The notes beneath the pieces were generated by a model. It ran no database searches and was not told where the DNA came from. It saw only the letters and a program-made list of their open reading frames with translations. A stretch of DNA of 63,644 nt, counting the filler, from Chiloscyllium plagiosum (lineage: Eukaryota): the NCBI RefSeq assembly GCF_004010195.1. It is 3 parts of one record of this genome, joined end to end, with 100 filler letters (N's around TTAATTAATTAA, not from the genome) between each part and the next. Parts side by side here need not be neighbours in the genome. Positions count along the whole stretch, not along the records: positions 31,716 to 58,419 come from NC_057712.1; 2 more parts are not named here. One strand, written 5' to 3'. Position 1 is the first letter of the stretch. The number at the start of each line of letters is the position of its first letter. Below, one piece after another: positions 38,071 through 51,505 of the stretch. Position numbers and translations under genes: made by a program.

Positions 38071-41000
38071 AAGCATTCTCAGGAATGTTTTTTGCCCTTT
38101 AGCAGACGTTGTGTAACACCCGAGAAATTTTGCAGCCTAATAACAGCCCTCAAAATAGGGACAGAAGTTTGGGGTGTAACAACAATTCTGCCTTTTTCAA
38201 TATTAAACTCCTCCAAATCAAACTGTCACTATTGATGTGTTTGGGCTGCATTTTACAAAGTCACAAACACAACCCATCAGCTTGTTGATCATTCACCACG
38301 TCAACGTGCCAACACTTACACTCCACCAAACACATGTTGACTTGTTAAATTGTTTTTTTGCAAATGAGAATTTATCTTCCTGGTGTATCATATTTGTAAA
38401 GAATTCCCAAATATTTGACATTTAACTGTATCATAATTTTGTTCTTGATTGAATTTGTTTTACGATTCATCATGGCAACTTTCCAGCATCTTTGAATGTT
38501 TGAAATCATTAACTGTTCTTTGTATCATGTTTTTGAAAGTGCATTGCCTTCATGATTTACGATCTAATATTATATTCCTTCTTTGTTTTCCTTTCCTGTC
38601 CTCTTTCTCTTCCACCATGGGATGCCTTGTACTGGCATTAGTGAAATACAGCACTCTCTTGACAGGGCTAGGAGTGCTAGCACCAACTGTTTGAGACCAG
38701 ATACTAGTTTACAGTCATCAGAACGAGACAGGTATATCCCTTTATTATCCTTGTCATCTGTGCTGATGATTCCATGTTTCTTTCATTATGAACCTGTAGG
38801 ATTCTTGGATTTATGTTCACACTATGTGTTTTCTGCTCTTCTGCTTAGACCAATCCTCAGACTTGAACCATTTAACATCTCACCTTCCTTTTGCATTGTG
38901 TTTGGCATTTCATTAGTTTTTGATCTTTCTCACTCACCCTTTCTTCTTCCAATTCAATAGTTGTGCCTGTGGAGAGCCTTTCATATGTTGACAGTGATAA
39001 TACTTGCATTGACTAAAGTTTTTAAAAAGCAAAACAGGAATTGGGAAATTAAAACTTCTTTTTAAAAATTTTCTCTTATGGCCCTGAGAGTTCTCTTAAC
39101 AGAGAAATGAAATTCCTCCTGATTCTGTCCAACGTATTTACCAGACCTTCAGAGCTATACCATAATTTTTAGGCTCGCTGAATTAACTGTGCTATTGATC
39201 CCACTCTCCATTCTTTGCCTGGATCATCCAAGATCAGACCATGTGTTTCGGGGATGAGTCACTCATCAGATTTTCTGCTATGTATTATCAGTTCACCTCC
39301 TTCTGGAATGGATTGGTGTGCCTGGGCATCAGCTCAAGACAGAATGGAGGTGTCACATTTAGAGGTTTAGTAGCTCACAAATAATTTTGGTTATTGCCTC
39401 AAACCCCCAACTTCAGAAAGGTAATTTAGTCATCAGGCCAGAAACTGGAACAGTGAGAAGGCCTCAGTGAGATTCAATGGTAGCCACCTGCCATACCATG
39501 TTCATCGTCATCCATTGTAACTTCAGCAGAAATACTGCTTGACGTAATGGATTATACATCCAGTTGCCTCTGATATCCATTGTGGGTAGGGTTGCCAACT
39601 CTAGTTGGATGTATTTCAGGAGATTTAAACACGTGACTGTGCTGCCCCTCACCATTCCTTCACACCATAGCTGTTTGCCTGTGCATGCCAAATGGAAAGC
39701 AAATAAACTTCTTATCTAGTAGGATGATCCAGGAGTTTCCCATCTATAACACAATTACATAAACAAAAACCTCAACATGTTACTGTTGTTCAGGAGATTG
39801 ATCCTGGGAGTGGGAAGGATTGATAATGTTACTGATTTAGCCTGACCTACTTGATAGAAAGTAATTATCCTGAATAGTAATTTGAACATTGCTACTTTAT
39901 GGCCTTCGGTGGAAACTGTGAACTATCCCAAATTTAAACATTGCAGGTATCCCCTCAACAACCATCCATGATTCTGAAATACAGAGGGTCGCTGAATAAA
40001 AGCAGTGCAGTTTACCTTACAAATCTTACCTAATAGTGAAGATAAAGCACAAAGTTTAATTTGTTTCACTTGTCACATCCCTTCTAACATGTTCACAGTT
40101 GTAGAGGGAATACATGGATCAAGAGTTTTTATTGGAGTTCATTCTTTTTGGGAATTGGATTTTGCATGCTGACCTTTTAACTTGTTTTTAATTCCTTTAT
40201 TTAATGATGCATCAATCACTGTTCCTTGATTCCTGAGAATATTTCATGTGAAGTAAGCTGGTCAATGTGAAATTGGGAAAGGGGTTTTCCATGCTGACCA
40301 AAGGCAGGAACAGAGGCACATAGAGGCTGGAAAATGCCAACATTACCTCCAGCCACTGGGTTTGCTGTTTCCAAACAAGGCTCTGAGGCCATCTGGCATT
40401 CTCCTAATGAGGCAAGGGGCAGTTCCTCCTGGAAATCATAAACCACAAGAACTAGGTGCAAAAGGAGGTAATTCAGCCTCTCTAGCTTATTCCATCATTT
40501 AATATGATGCCATCTCAGCCTCAACTCCATTTGCCTCCCTGCTGTCCATTTCTTCAGGAGAAAGTCAACCAACAGGAGGCCAAGCTGGTGAGGGGATCTA
40601 TGGTTCCTGGCAGACCTAAGGGCCCTGTCCACCTACTTAAGAACAGATGATGCCAAAAACCTGTTGAGGGGTGCCACCCTCATCACCTCTGCAGTGATAG
40701 TCTGTCTGGTTTTTATATTTCTCATTTTTGAAACATTGCTGAGAGGACAGCTCTCTGTTGAAGCATCCTGTCATTGCTTTAGTATTTGCTACTGCTCTGA
40801 AACTGGAGTATTTCTGATGGACCTTTTAGATTTTAGAGACATCAAAGGAATGAAGAGAATGTGGGAATATGGCATTAAGATTGAGGATCGACCATGATCA
40901 TATAGAATGGTAGAGCATGCTTGAAGGGGCAAGTGGCCTACTACTATTTCTGCTCCTAGTTTAGATGCTTCGAATGCACTTCATTGGACAGGGAACCTGT

Positions 41001-41469
41001 CTTCATGCCAATTATGTTTTTCATTCCAGACGTCATTTTACCTTATTGAGTTCCATGAAGGATGGGCTCAAGGTCTAGGAACAGGTTTTGACTGCTGTTT
41101 TCCACTTGCCCTTCCCCAAAGACACTGTTTCAACCCAAAGGCCTGATTTGTCAGTATTCTGAAACAGTTTTGTAGAGGGCATTGCCCTTGGAAATGGTGT
41201 TCCAAACTTCAGGTGATAAGTCTGTTGTGCTGCATCAAGCTATCTTGGCTGAGGGGCGTTTCATACTTGTAATGACCCCACATAGAAAATGTTTTCCAGC
41301 TCCCAACACCAAAAGCTTAACAATTGCCTATTTGTTTTTCCTAATATCTCAATCAATCTGGTCACAAACTTGGAAATGATCCAGTGCAATTCAACAGTTC
41401 AGCTTAGTTTGAAATCCCAAAGCCTTCATTCTCTACCACATCCCAGAAAGTCTCAAGTGAGGTTTTGAT

Positions 41470-43580
41470 CAAGAAAAAGGAAGAAGCACATGTTAAGGAG
41501 ATCGAGTGTATCCCTAGGAGGCAGTAGGATAAAGACAGAGTACACTTAAACGGAAATCACGAGGGCAAAAAGGGGACATGAGATAGCTTTGACAAATAGG
41601 AATCCAAAGGGATTCTACAATAAATTATGAACAAAAGGATAACTAAGAGTGAGAATAAAGATCAGCAAGGCCACCGATATGTGGAACCCTAGGAGATGAG
41701 AGAGATACTAATTGAGTATTTTACATCTGTAATATACTGTGGAGAAGGATATGGAAGTATAGAATGTAGGGAAATAAATAGCGACATCTGGGAAAAATGG
41801 CTGTATTACAGGGGAGGGGGTGCTGAATGTCATAAAATGCCTAAAGGTGGATAAATCCCCAGGATCTGATCAGGCACTCCCTAGAACTCTGGGAAGCTAG
41901 GGAAGTGATTGCTGGGCCCCTTGCTGAGATATTAGTATCCTTGATAGCCACAAGTTATCAAAGACGAGAGGTTGGCTAACATGGTGCCACTATTTAAGAA
42001 AGGTGGTAAGGAAAAGTCAGAAACTATAGACCAGTGAGCCTGACATCAGTGGTGGACAGGTTGTTGGTGGGAATCCTGAGGGACAGGATTTACATACACT
42101 TGGAAAGGCAAAGACAGACTAGGAACCGTCAACTTGGCTGTGTGTGAGAGAAATCATGCCTCACTAACTTGATCAAGTTTTTTTGAAGCGGTAACAGAGG
42201 GCAGAACAGTAGACTTGATCTATATGGACTTCAGTAAGTGTTTGGACAAGATTCCTCACGGTAAGACCAGTTAGGTCACATAGAATACAGGGAGAACTAG
42301 CCATTTGGTAGAAGACAGAGGGTGGTGATGGAGGGTTTTCTTTTTGAACTGTGACTAGCAGTGTGCCACAAGGATTGGTGCTGGTACCACAGCTTTTCAT
42401 TCATTATATAAATGATCTGGCTATGAGATTAGAAGGTCTGGTAAGTTTGCAGATGATGCTAAATTTGGAAATGTAGTGGACAACAAAGAAGGTTACCTCA
42501 AGAGTACAAAATGATCTTGATCAGATAGTCGAATGGGTGGAAGACTGGCAGAAGGAGTTAAATTTAGATAAATGTGAGGTACAGCATTTTGGAAAGGCAA
42601 ATCAGGGCAGGACTTATTCAATTAATGGTAAGGTCCTCTGGAGTGATGCTGAACACAGAGAACCTGGTGTGCAGATTCATAGTTCCTTGAAAGTGAAGAA
42701 GTGAAAGTGAAGAAGGCTTTGGTATGCTTGCCTTTATTGGTCAGTGCATTGAGTATGGAGTTGGGAGGTGAGGTTATGGCTGTACAGGACATTGGTTAGG
42801 CCTCTTTTGGAATGCTGCATGCAATTCTGGTCTCCCTGCTGTAGGAAGGACTTCATGCAACTTGAAAGGATTCAAGGGCAGCATGGTGGCTCAGTGATAA
42901 GCTGCCAGGGACCCAGTTTCAATTAAAGCCTTGGTGACTATCTGTGTGGAGTTTGCACTTTCTCCCCATGTCTGTGTCTGTTTCTTTCAGGAGATCTGGT
43001 TTTCTGCGCAGTCCAAGGATGAGCAGATTAGATGGATTAGCCATGCTAAATTGTCCATAGTGTCTAGGGATGTGTGGGTTAGGTGGGCTAGCCATGGGAA
43101 ATGCAGGGTTATAGGGTAGGGGGTGGATCTGGGTCAGATGCTCTTCGGAGAGTAGGTGTGGACTTGTTTGGCCAAATGGCCTGTTTCCACACAATAGGGA
43201 TTCTATGAAAAGATTTGTAAGGATGTTGCCAGGGTTTGGGGCAGCACAGTGGCTCAATGGTTAGTACTGCTGCCTCACAGCGCCAGGGACCCTGTTCGAT
43301 TCTGGCTTCTCGTGACTGTGTGGAGTTTGCTCATTCTCCCTGTGTCCTTGTGGGTTTCCTCCGGGTGTTCCGCATTCCTCCCACAGTCCAAAATGTGCAG
43401 GTTAGGTGAATTGGCCATGTTAAATTGCCCATAGTGTTCAGGAATGTATAGGTCACTGGCATTAGTTTTGGGTAAATATAGAGTGTGGGTCTTGGTGGAT
43501 TACTATTTGGAAGGCCTGTGTGGACTTGTTGGGCTGAATGACCTGTTTCCATACTGGGGATTCTATGGTTGGAAGGTTTG
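41470..43580 (+). mobile_element. Degenerate CR1 ORF2 with two HE1 SINEs (42876-43210 and 43238-43568, both +)
   Basis: [40 protein letters not shown] motifs; two SINE head-to-tail units. Confidence 0.85.
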
Positions 43581-45249
43581 AGTGGCTGACTAAGAACTAG
43601 GAGCAGGAGTTGGATAAATGGCCCTTCATGCCTCCTCCACCAAGTTCTTGGCTGATCATTTTGTGGCCTCAGCTCCACTTAATTCCTTTATTGTTCAAAA
43701 ACTTATCTATCTTAGCTTTAAAAACATTTACTGAGGAAGCCTTAACCACTTCACTGGGCAGGGAGTTCCATAGATTCACAACCCTCTGGGTTCCTTCTCA
43801 ATTCAGTTCAAAGTCTGATTCCCTAATTTTGAGACTATGCCAGTGGAAACATTCTCTCTATTTCTATTTTATCTATTCCGTTCGTAATTTTATATGACTC
43901 CCCCTTCAGTCTTCTCAATTCCAATAAATATAATCCCAGTCTACTCAGTCTGTCCTCATTAGCCAACCCCCTCAATTCTGGAATCTCCTCTGCACCCCTA
44001 CTAGTGCAAGTACATCCTTTCTCAAGTTAGAAACCAAAACTGCAAGCAGTACTACAGGTGTGGCCTCACCAACACCCTATACAGCTGCAACATAACTTCC
44101 CTGCTTTTAAACTCCATTGGCAATGAAGGACAAAATTCCATTTGCTGCCTTAATTACCTATTGCACCTACAGACCAACCTTCTGTGATTCATGCACAATA
44201 TCACCCAAATCCCTGTGCGCAGCAGCATGTTGCAATTTCTTATCATTCAAATAATAATCCTTTTTTACTGGTATTCCTACGAAAATGGATGACTTAACAT
44301 TTATCAACATTGTATTCCATCTGCCTGACCTTTGCCCACTCACTTCAGCAATCTCTGTCCCTTTACAAAGTTTCACAAACCTCAGCACACTTGCTCATCT
44401 TCCTGTCATTTGCAAATGTTGACACACTACACGTGGTCTCCAACTCCAAATCATCTTTGTAAATTATGCATAATTGTGGTCCCAGCATTGATCGCTCAGG
44501 CACACCACGAGTCACTGATTTGCTAACCAGAATAACACTCATTTATTCCCACTCCTTGATTCCTTTTTGAATAACTAATAGTTGCCTGTAACATGTTATA
44601 TCTTATGCAGCAGCCTTTTGTGTGTCACCTTGTCAAATGCCTTTTAGAAATCTAGATACACCACATCTCCATTGTCCACCATTTTTATAGTGTCTTCATA
44701 GCATTACAAAAGATTAGTTAAGCATGACCTGCCCTTCATGAACTCGTGCTGCATCTGCCTAATGGGACAATTTCTATCCAGATGCCTATTATTTCTTCCT
44801 TGACAATAGCCTCAAGCTAATTGGTTTATAATTCTCCATCTTTTGTCTGCGTCATTTTATAAACAGTGGCATCACATTTGATGTTTTCCAATCTGCTAGA
44901 ACTGCTTCAGAGTCTAGTGAATTTTGGAAAATTACCACAAGTGCACTTGCTATTTTTCCTGCATCTCTTTTAGTACCCTGGATGCATTATATCAGGCCCA
45001 GAAGACTTGTCTACCCTTAGCTCCCCTAGCTTGCCCAACACTTCCTCCTTCATGATAACAATTGTTTCCATGTCCTCACCTACCTTCATCTCTTTGTCAA
45101 TTACTGTCATGTTATTTGTGACTTCCACTGTGAAGACATACAAAATGCCTATTTGTTGCCTCGGCCATTTCCTCGTATCCCATTACTAATACCCCTTCTC
45201 CTCCTCTAAAGGTTCAATGTTTACTTTAGCCACTCTTTATAGTTTTAAG

Positions 45250-45335
45250 TTAAAAATCACACAACACCAGGATATAGTCCAACAGGGTTATTTGGAAGCA
45301 CTAACATTCAGAGCGCTGCTCCTTCATTAGGTGAT
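45250..45335 (-). mobile_element. Short insertion with a degenerate hammerhead motif (AGCT-stem family)
   Basis: Reverse complement CACCTAATGAAGGAGCAGCGCTCTGAATGTTAGTG keeps the GGAGC..GCTC(T) stem II, but the core is mutated. Confidence 0.55.
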
Positions 45336-45774
45336 TGCTACCTGTCTTTGCATTCTGAGCTAATTTTTTTTCTCATAAGCTATCTTATTTTTCTTTTATA
45401 GCTCTTTTTGTGGCTTTCTGTTGACCTTTTAAAGCTTTCCCAAACTTCTGGTATCCCACTGATATTGGCCACTTTGTATGCCTTCTCTTTAAATTTGATA
45501 GCCTCCTTTTATTTCAGACACCAATGGCAGATTACACCTTTTCCTACAGTCCTTCCTTTTCACTGGTATATACTTTTGCTGAGCACTTTGAATAATTGCT
45601 TTGAAAATCCTCCACTGTTTATCAACTGTCCCACCATAAAGTCTTTGCTTCTGGTCTACTTTAGCCAACTCCTCCCTCATCCTATTGTAGTTTCCTTTTA
45701 TTTAAGCACATAGAGTCATAGAGATGTACAGCATGGAAACAGACCCTTCAGTCCAACCCGTCCATGCCAACCAG

Positions 45775-45858
45775 ATATCCCAACCCACTCTAGTCTCACC
45801 TGCCAGCACCCGGCCCATATCCCAACCCACTCTAGTCTCACCTGCCAGCACCCGGCTC
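45775..45858 (+). repeat. 42-bp tandem duplication inside a CR1 3' fragment (45712-45958, -)
   Basis: atatcccaacccactctagtctcacctgccagcacccggc occurs at 45775 and 45817. Confidence 0.9.
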
Positions 45859-46864
45859 ATATCCCTCCAATCCCTTCTTAATCATATACCCATCCAAATA
45901 CCTCTTAAATGTTGCAATTATACCAGTCTGCACCACTTCCTCTGGCAGCTCATTCCATAATGGATTTTGTTTTTGCACTTTCCATCTGTATTCTAAATTC
46001 AGCCATTCTGTGATCGCTCCTTCCAAGAGGATCCCTAACTATGATGTCATTAATTATTCCTGTCTCATTACACAGTACCAGATCAAGGATAGCTTGCTCT
46101 CTCGGCTGTTCCATTATATACTGTTCAAGAAAACTATCGAGGATACATTCAATGAACTCCTCCTCAAGACTACCTTGACTGACTTGGTTTGACCAATTGA
46201 TATGTAGATTAAAATCCCCCATGATAATTGCTGTACCATTTTTACAGGCATTAGTTATTTCTTTATTTATTGCCCAAACCATTGTGATGGTATTATTTGG
46301 TGCGCAATAGACTATACCTGTCATTTATGTTTTCTTAGAATTTCTAATTTCAACCCAAATGGTTTCAACATTCTCTATAGAATCCATATCATCTCTATCC
46401 ACCGCCCTGATATCATCCTCAAATATCATAGCTACACTACCTCCCTGTCTGTCCTTCCAAATAGTCTGATACCCCTGAATCTTTAATCCCTAGTCATGAC
46501 CAACCTGCAACCATGTTTCCACAATGGCTACTAAATCATAATTACTTTGATTTGTGTTATTAACTCATCTACCTTGTTACAAATGCTACAAGCATTCGTG
46601 TAAAATGCCATTATGCTATTTTTTGTACCTGGTTTATGAATTCCAACATCTTCAATATTATTTCCAGAGAATCCTTCCTTTTCTTTTTACTTAGTCTGCC
46701 ACATAGTTAAACCCTCCTGCACACTGGTAATCTGCTGCTTTCCTTTTTTTATTTACCACCATACTTCCTGTTGTTTTCCCCTTCCCTTGCCCCCGACTCA
46801 CTAGTTTTAAAGTCCTAGTGACCACCCGATTTATTATTTTCGCTAGAACACTGGTTCTAGATCA

Positions 46865-47240
46865 GCTATTTTCCCTGGAGTGTCAGACTTGTAGAGATTT
46901 ATAAATATTGAGGAGCATGGATATGGTAAATAAACAAGGTCTTTTACACGGAATGAGGGAGTCCAGAACCAAAGAGCGTAGTTTTAAGGTGAGAGGGAAA
47001 AGATTTAAGAGACCTAGGGGGGCAAGAAGGTGGTGCCTATATAGAACGAGCTGCCAGAGGACGTGGTGGAGATTGGTACAATTACACCATTTAAAAGGCA
47101 TTCAGATGGTATATGAATAGGAAAGGCTTAGAGGGATATGGGCCAAATGGGACTAGATTAATTTAGGATATCTGGGCAGCATGGATAAGTTGGACTGAAA
47201 ACCCTGTTTCTATGCTGTATTTCTGTATGATATTCCATGA
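46865..47240 (+). mobile_element. CR1 3' fragment
   Basis: ESRTKERSFKVRGKRFK and a CR1 3' UTR. Confidence 0.8.
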
Positions 47241-47314
47241 TTTTATGCTGCTACCTTAGATTGCTTCATTTGGCTGAGATTTCAGCTGTGAAGGCCAGTA
47301 GTGTTTGAATAGCT

Positions 47315-48722
47315 GGATGTTGATTTGCTCACAGCTGGAAGTTTCATTTTCAGACTTTTCGCCACCAGACTAGGTAACCTCTTCATTGAGCCTCCAGGCG
47401 AGGCACTACTGGTGTTTCCTGCTTTCTATTTTTTTGTTTGGGGTTCCTTGGGTTGGTGATGTCATTTCCTGTAGTTTTTCTCAGGGGGTGGTAAATGGGG
47501 TCCAAATCAATGTGTTTGTTGATAGAGTTTCAGTTGGAATGCTATGCTTCTAGGAATTTGTGAGCATGTCTCTGTTTGGCTTGTCCTAGGATGGATGTGC
47601 TGTCCCAGTCAAAGTGGTGTTCTTCCTTATCAGTATGTAAGGATACCAGTGAGAGAGGGTCATGTTGTTTTGGGACTAGTTGATGCTCACGTATCCTGGT
47701 GGTTAGTTTTCTGACTTGTTTGTTTGTCCAATGTAGTGTTTGTTACAGTCATTGCACAGTATTTTGTAAATGACATTAGTTTTGCTTGTTGTCTGTAATA
47801 GGGTCTTTCAATTCATTAGCTGCTGTGTTGGGGGGTTGTAGGCTACCATGATGCCAAGGTGTCTGAGTAGTCTGGCAGTCATTTCCGAGATGCCTTTGAT
47901 GTAGGGGAGAGTGGCTTCTGGACCTGTTTTGTCTGCTTGTTGGGGTTTGTTGCTGAGAAATCGGCGTACTGTGTTCATTGGGGTACCTATTCTTTTTGAA
48001 TACACTGTATAGGTGATTTTCCTTTTTTGCGTAGTTCCTCTGTGCTGCAGTGTGTGGTGGCTTGTTGAAATAATGTTCTGATGCAGCTCCGTTTGTGGAT
48101 ATTGGAATGATTGCTTCTGTAGTTCAATACTTGGTCCTTATGTGGTGTTTTCCTTTAGACGCTGGTTTGAAATTCCCCATTGGCTGTTCATTCGACTGTG
48201 ACAACTAGTAATCACAGTGTGTTGTTGTTTTCCTACTCTAGTGAATTTTATGCCAGTAAGGGTATTATTGATGGTCTTTGAAGGTTTCCTCTACTTTGTT
48301 TTGTTTAGTGATGAGAAAGGTATCAATCACATAGTTGACCTAGAGTTTAGGTTGGATGGTTGGCAGAGCTATTTGTTAGAGTCTCTGCATTACTGCCTCT
48401 GCTAAGAATCCTGATATCTGAGATCCCATGAGTGTTCTGTTGGTTTGTCTCTAGGTTTTGTTGTTAAAGGTGAAGTTGAGGTGGACCCCATTTACCGCCC
48501 CTGAGAAAAAGAACAGGAAATGACATCACAAGAAATGACATCATTAACCCAAGGAACCCCAAACATCTAAATAGAAAGCAGAAGACACCAGCAGTGCTTC
48601 ATCTGGAGGCTCACTGAAGATGTGGTGATGGTGACGAAATGTCTGAAAATGAACCTTCCAGCTCAGCGAGCAAACCTACATCCAGAGTCTCAAACTGAGC
48701 TACAAGTCTTCTCAAAACTTGC
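47315..48722 (-). mobile_element. Penelope-like element (family 2): minus-strand body plus an inverted + strand terminal repeat (48484-48722)
   Basis: ATLPYIKGISEMTARLLRHLG; GIY-YIG remnant NVIYKILCNDCNKHYIGQT (~47725-47780, minus); terminal repeats with hammerhead-like motifs at ~47350-47390 (-) and 48614-48643 (+). Confidence 0.85.
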
Positions 48723-48869
48723 TGTCCGAATATCTGTGCTCTTGTTGCGGGGACATTGTACAGTATAGTCAAAAAACAGGGATATGGATTAATCAGGATA
48801 AAAACAATGGATTTATCAGGAATTGTTTGTCATTAATACTGCACTAACCAACTGATTTCTCTGCACACA

Positions 48870-49350
48870 AAATTACAAGAGGCACAGACAGATTAGGCCT
48901 TGGAAATATATTCCCCTTTGCAAGCATGTCCAACGTAAGTTGGCACAAGTATAAGGTGAGGAGTAAATAGTTTAGACGAGATCTGAGGGAAATAAAATTT
49001 CACTCAGACATTGGTAGAAATATGGAATGCACTGCCTTGAAAGTGGGTGTAGGCAGGTATTCTCACAAGTTTAACAAGTGTCTGGATGTGTACTTAAAAT
49101 GGGTAAAAACAATGACTGCAGATGCTGGAAACCAGAGTCTAGATTAGAGTGGTGCTGCAAAAGCACAGCAGTTCAGGCAGCATCTGAGGAGCAGTAAAAT
49201 CGATGTTTTGGGCAAAAGCCCTTAAAATGCCAGGGCATAGTAGGCTATGGACCAAGTGCAGGTGATTAGAATTAGTGCCACTTGGGGTCTGTTGGTAGGG
49301 ATAGAAGGTGGGCTGAAGGGCCTGTTTCTACAGGGTATGACAGACAAAAG
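48870..49350 (+). mobile_element. Old CR1 3' fragment containing a PLE family-1 arm (49102-49220)
   Basis: The arm is flanked by a 9-bp duplication cttaaaatg (49093-49101 / 49221-49229). Confidence 0.75.
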
Positions 49351-49629
49351 GGTAGTATGATAGTACAGGTCACCAAAAATGAACCAGTGACTCTGTTCCA
49401 TGTGTGTACAGCAATTTGGATTTCTTAAAGGCACAATAGCACTTAATGATGTGCATTGAAATTATATAAACAGATATGTTAAAAAGAACATTCCCAGCTG
49501 AGCAGCACTAAGATTAATAGTGATATAATTTCTATTGTCTGCCATTGTTATCCATGTGTCTTCATTGCTACCAAACTCAGAGAATCTGGGGCTTTCCTAA
49601 CAATTCCCATGTTGGACTTTTCAACATGT

Positions 49630-49933
49630 GGTCGGCACGGTTGCACAGTGGTTAGCACTGCTGCCTCACAGCGCCAGAGACCCGGGTTCAATTCCCGACT
49701 CAGGCGACTGACTGTGTGGAGTTTGCACATTCTCCCCGTGTCTGCGTGGGTTTCCTCCGGGTGCTCCGGTTTCCTCTCTCAGTCCAAAGATGTGCAGGTC
49801 AGGTGAGTTGGCCATGCTAAATTGCCCATAGTGTTAGGTAAAGGGGTAAATGTAGGGGAATGGGTGGGTGGCGGGTCGGTGTGGACTTGTTGGGCCGAAG
49901 GGCCTGTTTCCACACTAAGTAATCTAATCTAAT
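49630..49933 (+). mobile_element. Young HE1-type SINE
   Basis: Full CpG-rich copy with an AATCTAATCTAATC tail. Confidence 0.92.
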
Positions 49934-49939
49934 CATGTA

Positions 49940-50248
49940 TAGATTAGATTAGATTACTTACAGTGTAGAAACAGGCCCTTCGGCCCAACAAGTCCACACC
50001 GCACCGCCGAAGCGCAACCCACCCATACCCCTACATGTACCCCTTACCTAATACTACGGGCAATTTAGTGTGGCCAATTCACCTGACCTGCACATCTTTG
50101 GACTGTGGGAGGAAACCGGAGCACCCGGAGGAAACCCACGCAGACACGGGGAGAACGTGCAAACTCCACACAGTCAGTCGCCTGAGGCGGGAACTGAACC
50201 CGGGTCTCTGGCGCTGTGAGGCAGCAGTGCTAACCACTGTGCCACCGT
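49940..50248 (-). mobile_element. Young HE1-type SINE, tail-to-tail with the previous copy
   Basis: Full minus-strand copy; the tails are separated by only a few bases. Confidence 0.92.
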
Positions 50249-51365
50249 ATAGTGCCAAGTGTAATTTTCAAATTTATGCGTCAGGTTCAATCATCCAAAT
50301 AATGTAGAAATGTGGAAGTGTATTTAAGATCAAATAGGTTACAAGCAAAATAATATATTTTAATAACCCTATATACAATTATTTCATGTGTTGGAATTGG
50401 TGGATTGGATTCTCCTAAATTCAACATAAGGGATTCCAGATGGGTACATTTGAATGGGTTTGGGGAAAGACCGAAAAGTGTCCTGAGTAGTGGCAGATTT
50501 TATCGAACAATCTAACACTCATTGCTAATCCTTTTAAGGTTTCATTTAAGCGATTGTTCCTGTGATGGCAATGTCCCATGCCCAGCAACCCAGAAGAGGA
50601 GGAGAAGTAATTATTGAAAGAAATTCAGGTCGATATTTTACTTTGTACCAAATACAAAGGTGCAGTAATATGCACGAAAAACAATTATTTCTTATCTACC
50701 AGAGCCTTGAATTATTTCACAAGAGGAAAACTAGTTTGGTATTGAAAACAGAAATATAAAACTATATAATAATGCGATCTGTCACCATATTAAAGGCTTC
50801 TCTTCCTCCAAGTCTTGTGAAGATTTTATTCTACTTTTGGCTGTGCTTAATCCTTGAACAGAGCAACTCAGAAGACAGTGAACATTTAAGAGATGTGTGA
50901 TTTCTTTGAAAGTATTAGGTTTGAATCTGAACAGGCAAAATTCATTTGTAGCCACCAGCACTTTCTGAGCACTACACAAGGTACAGGCACCATGACAGTT
51001 TCCTCCTCCCTCACTCTCAACTGTTTGAACCTGATCACTATTCTGCTTTGCAAGGTTGACACGAATTTGATGTTTTCTTGTACTGCTCACCGATAAACAG
51101 CCAACTGGAACAATGCCCCAGCTAGAGAGTGGTTTTGAAACACATGATGTGTTTGGACACAACACAGTAGTCTGCTGAAAACTAGATATCAAACAATGTC
51201 AAGCTAGAAATTTCCTTCTTGAGCTCATGTTTTTCTTGCTATTTGATTCATTTGCTGGCGTTTGTCCCTTTGAGTCAGCCAGGATCATAGACCATAGAAC
51301 TGTACAGCACAGAGGCATGTTACTGTTCTGACCTCATTTGACCAATCCAGGATTACAACTCTCAT

Positions 51366-51505
51366 AGGAGAAAGTGAGGACTGCAGATGCTGGAGACCAG
51401 AGTTGAAAAATGTGGTGCTGGAAAAACACAGCAGGCCAGGCAGCATCCTGCTCCTCGGATGCTGCCTGGCCTGCTGTGTTTTTCCAGCACCACATTTTTC
51501 AACTT
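51366..51505. mobile_element. PLE family-1 fold-back element lacking the ribozyme core
   Basis: Inverted arms agttgaaaaatgtggtgctggaaaaacacagcaggccaggcagcatcc and their reverse complement; flanking caactctc(a/c)tag at 51356-51367 and 51507-51518. Confidence 0.8.

Larger units (their letters stand above)
43590..46860 (-). mobile_element. Long CR1 LINE including the endonuclease domain, decayed, with nested insertions
   Basis: AIIMGDFNLHINW..PREQAILDLVL..LGRSDH (45950-46324), QQKYIPV, RT remnants and a 3' UTR near 43590. Confidence 0.85.

Noticed and set aside
39308..39370. Short ATG-initiated frame MDWCAWASAQ.. considered as an alternative RIMS1 first exon
   Set aside because: Hits a stop after about 20 codons and does not match the alternative N-termini I recall.
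39586..39815. TAGGGTTGCCA hAT-like terminus
   Set aside because: No convincing matching inverted end or TSD found.
2463..50248. tRNA-like A/B boxes as tRNA genes; recurring small ORFs (e.g. MAQWLALLPH..) as a gene family
   Set aside because: All are HE1 SINE heads or bodies; no complete cloverleaf.
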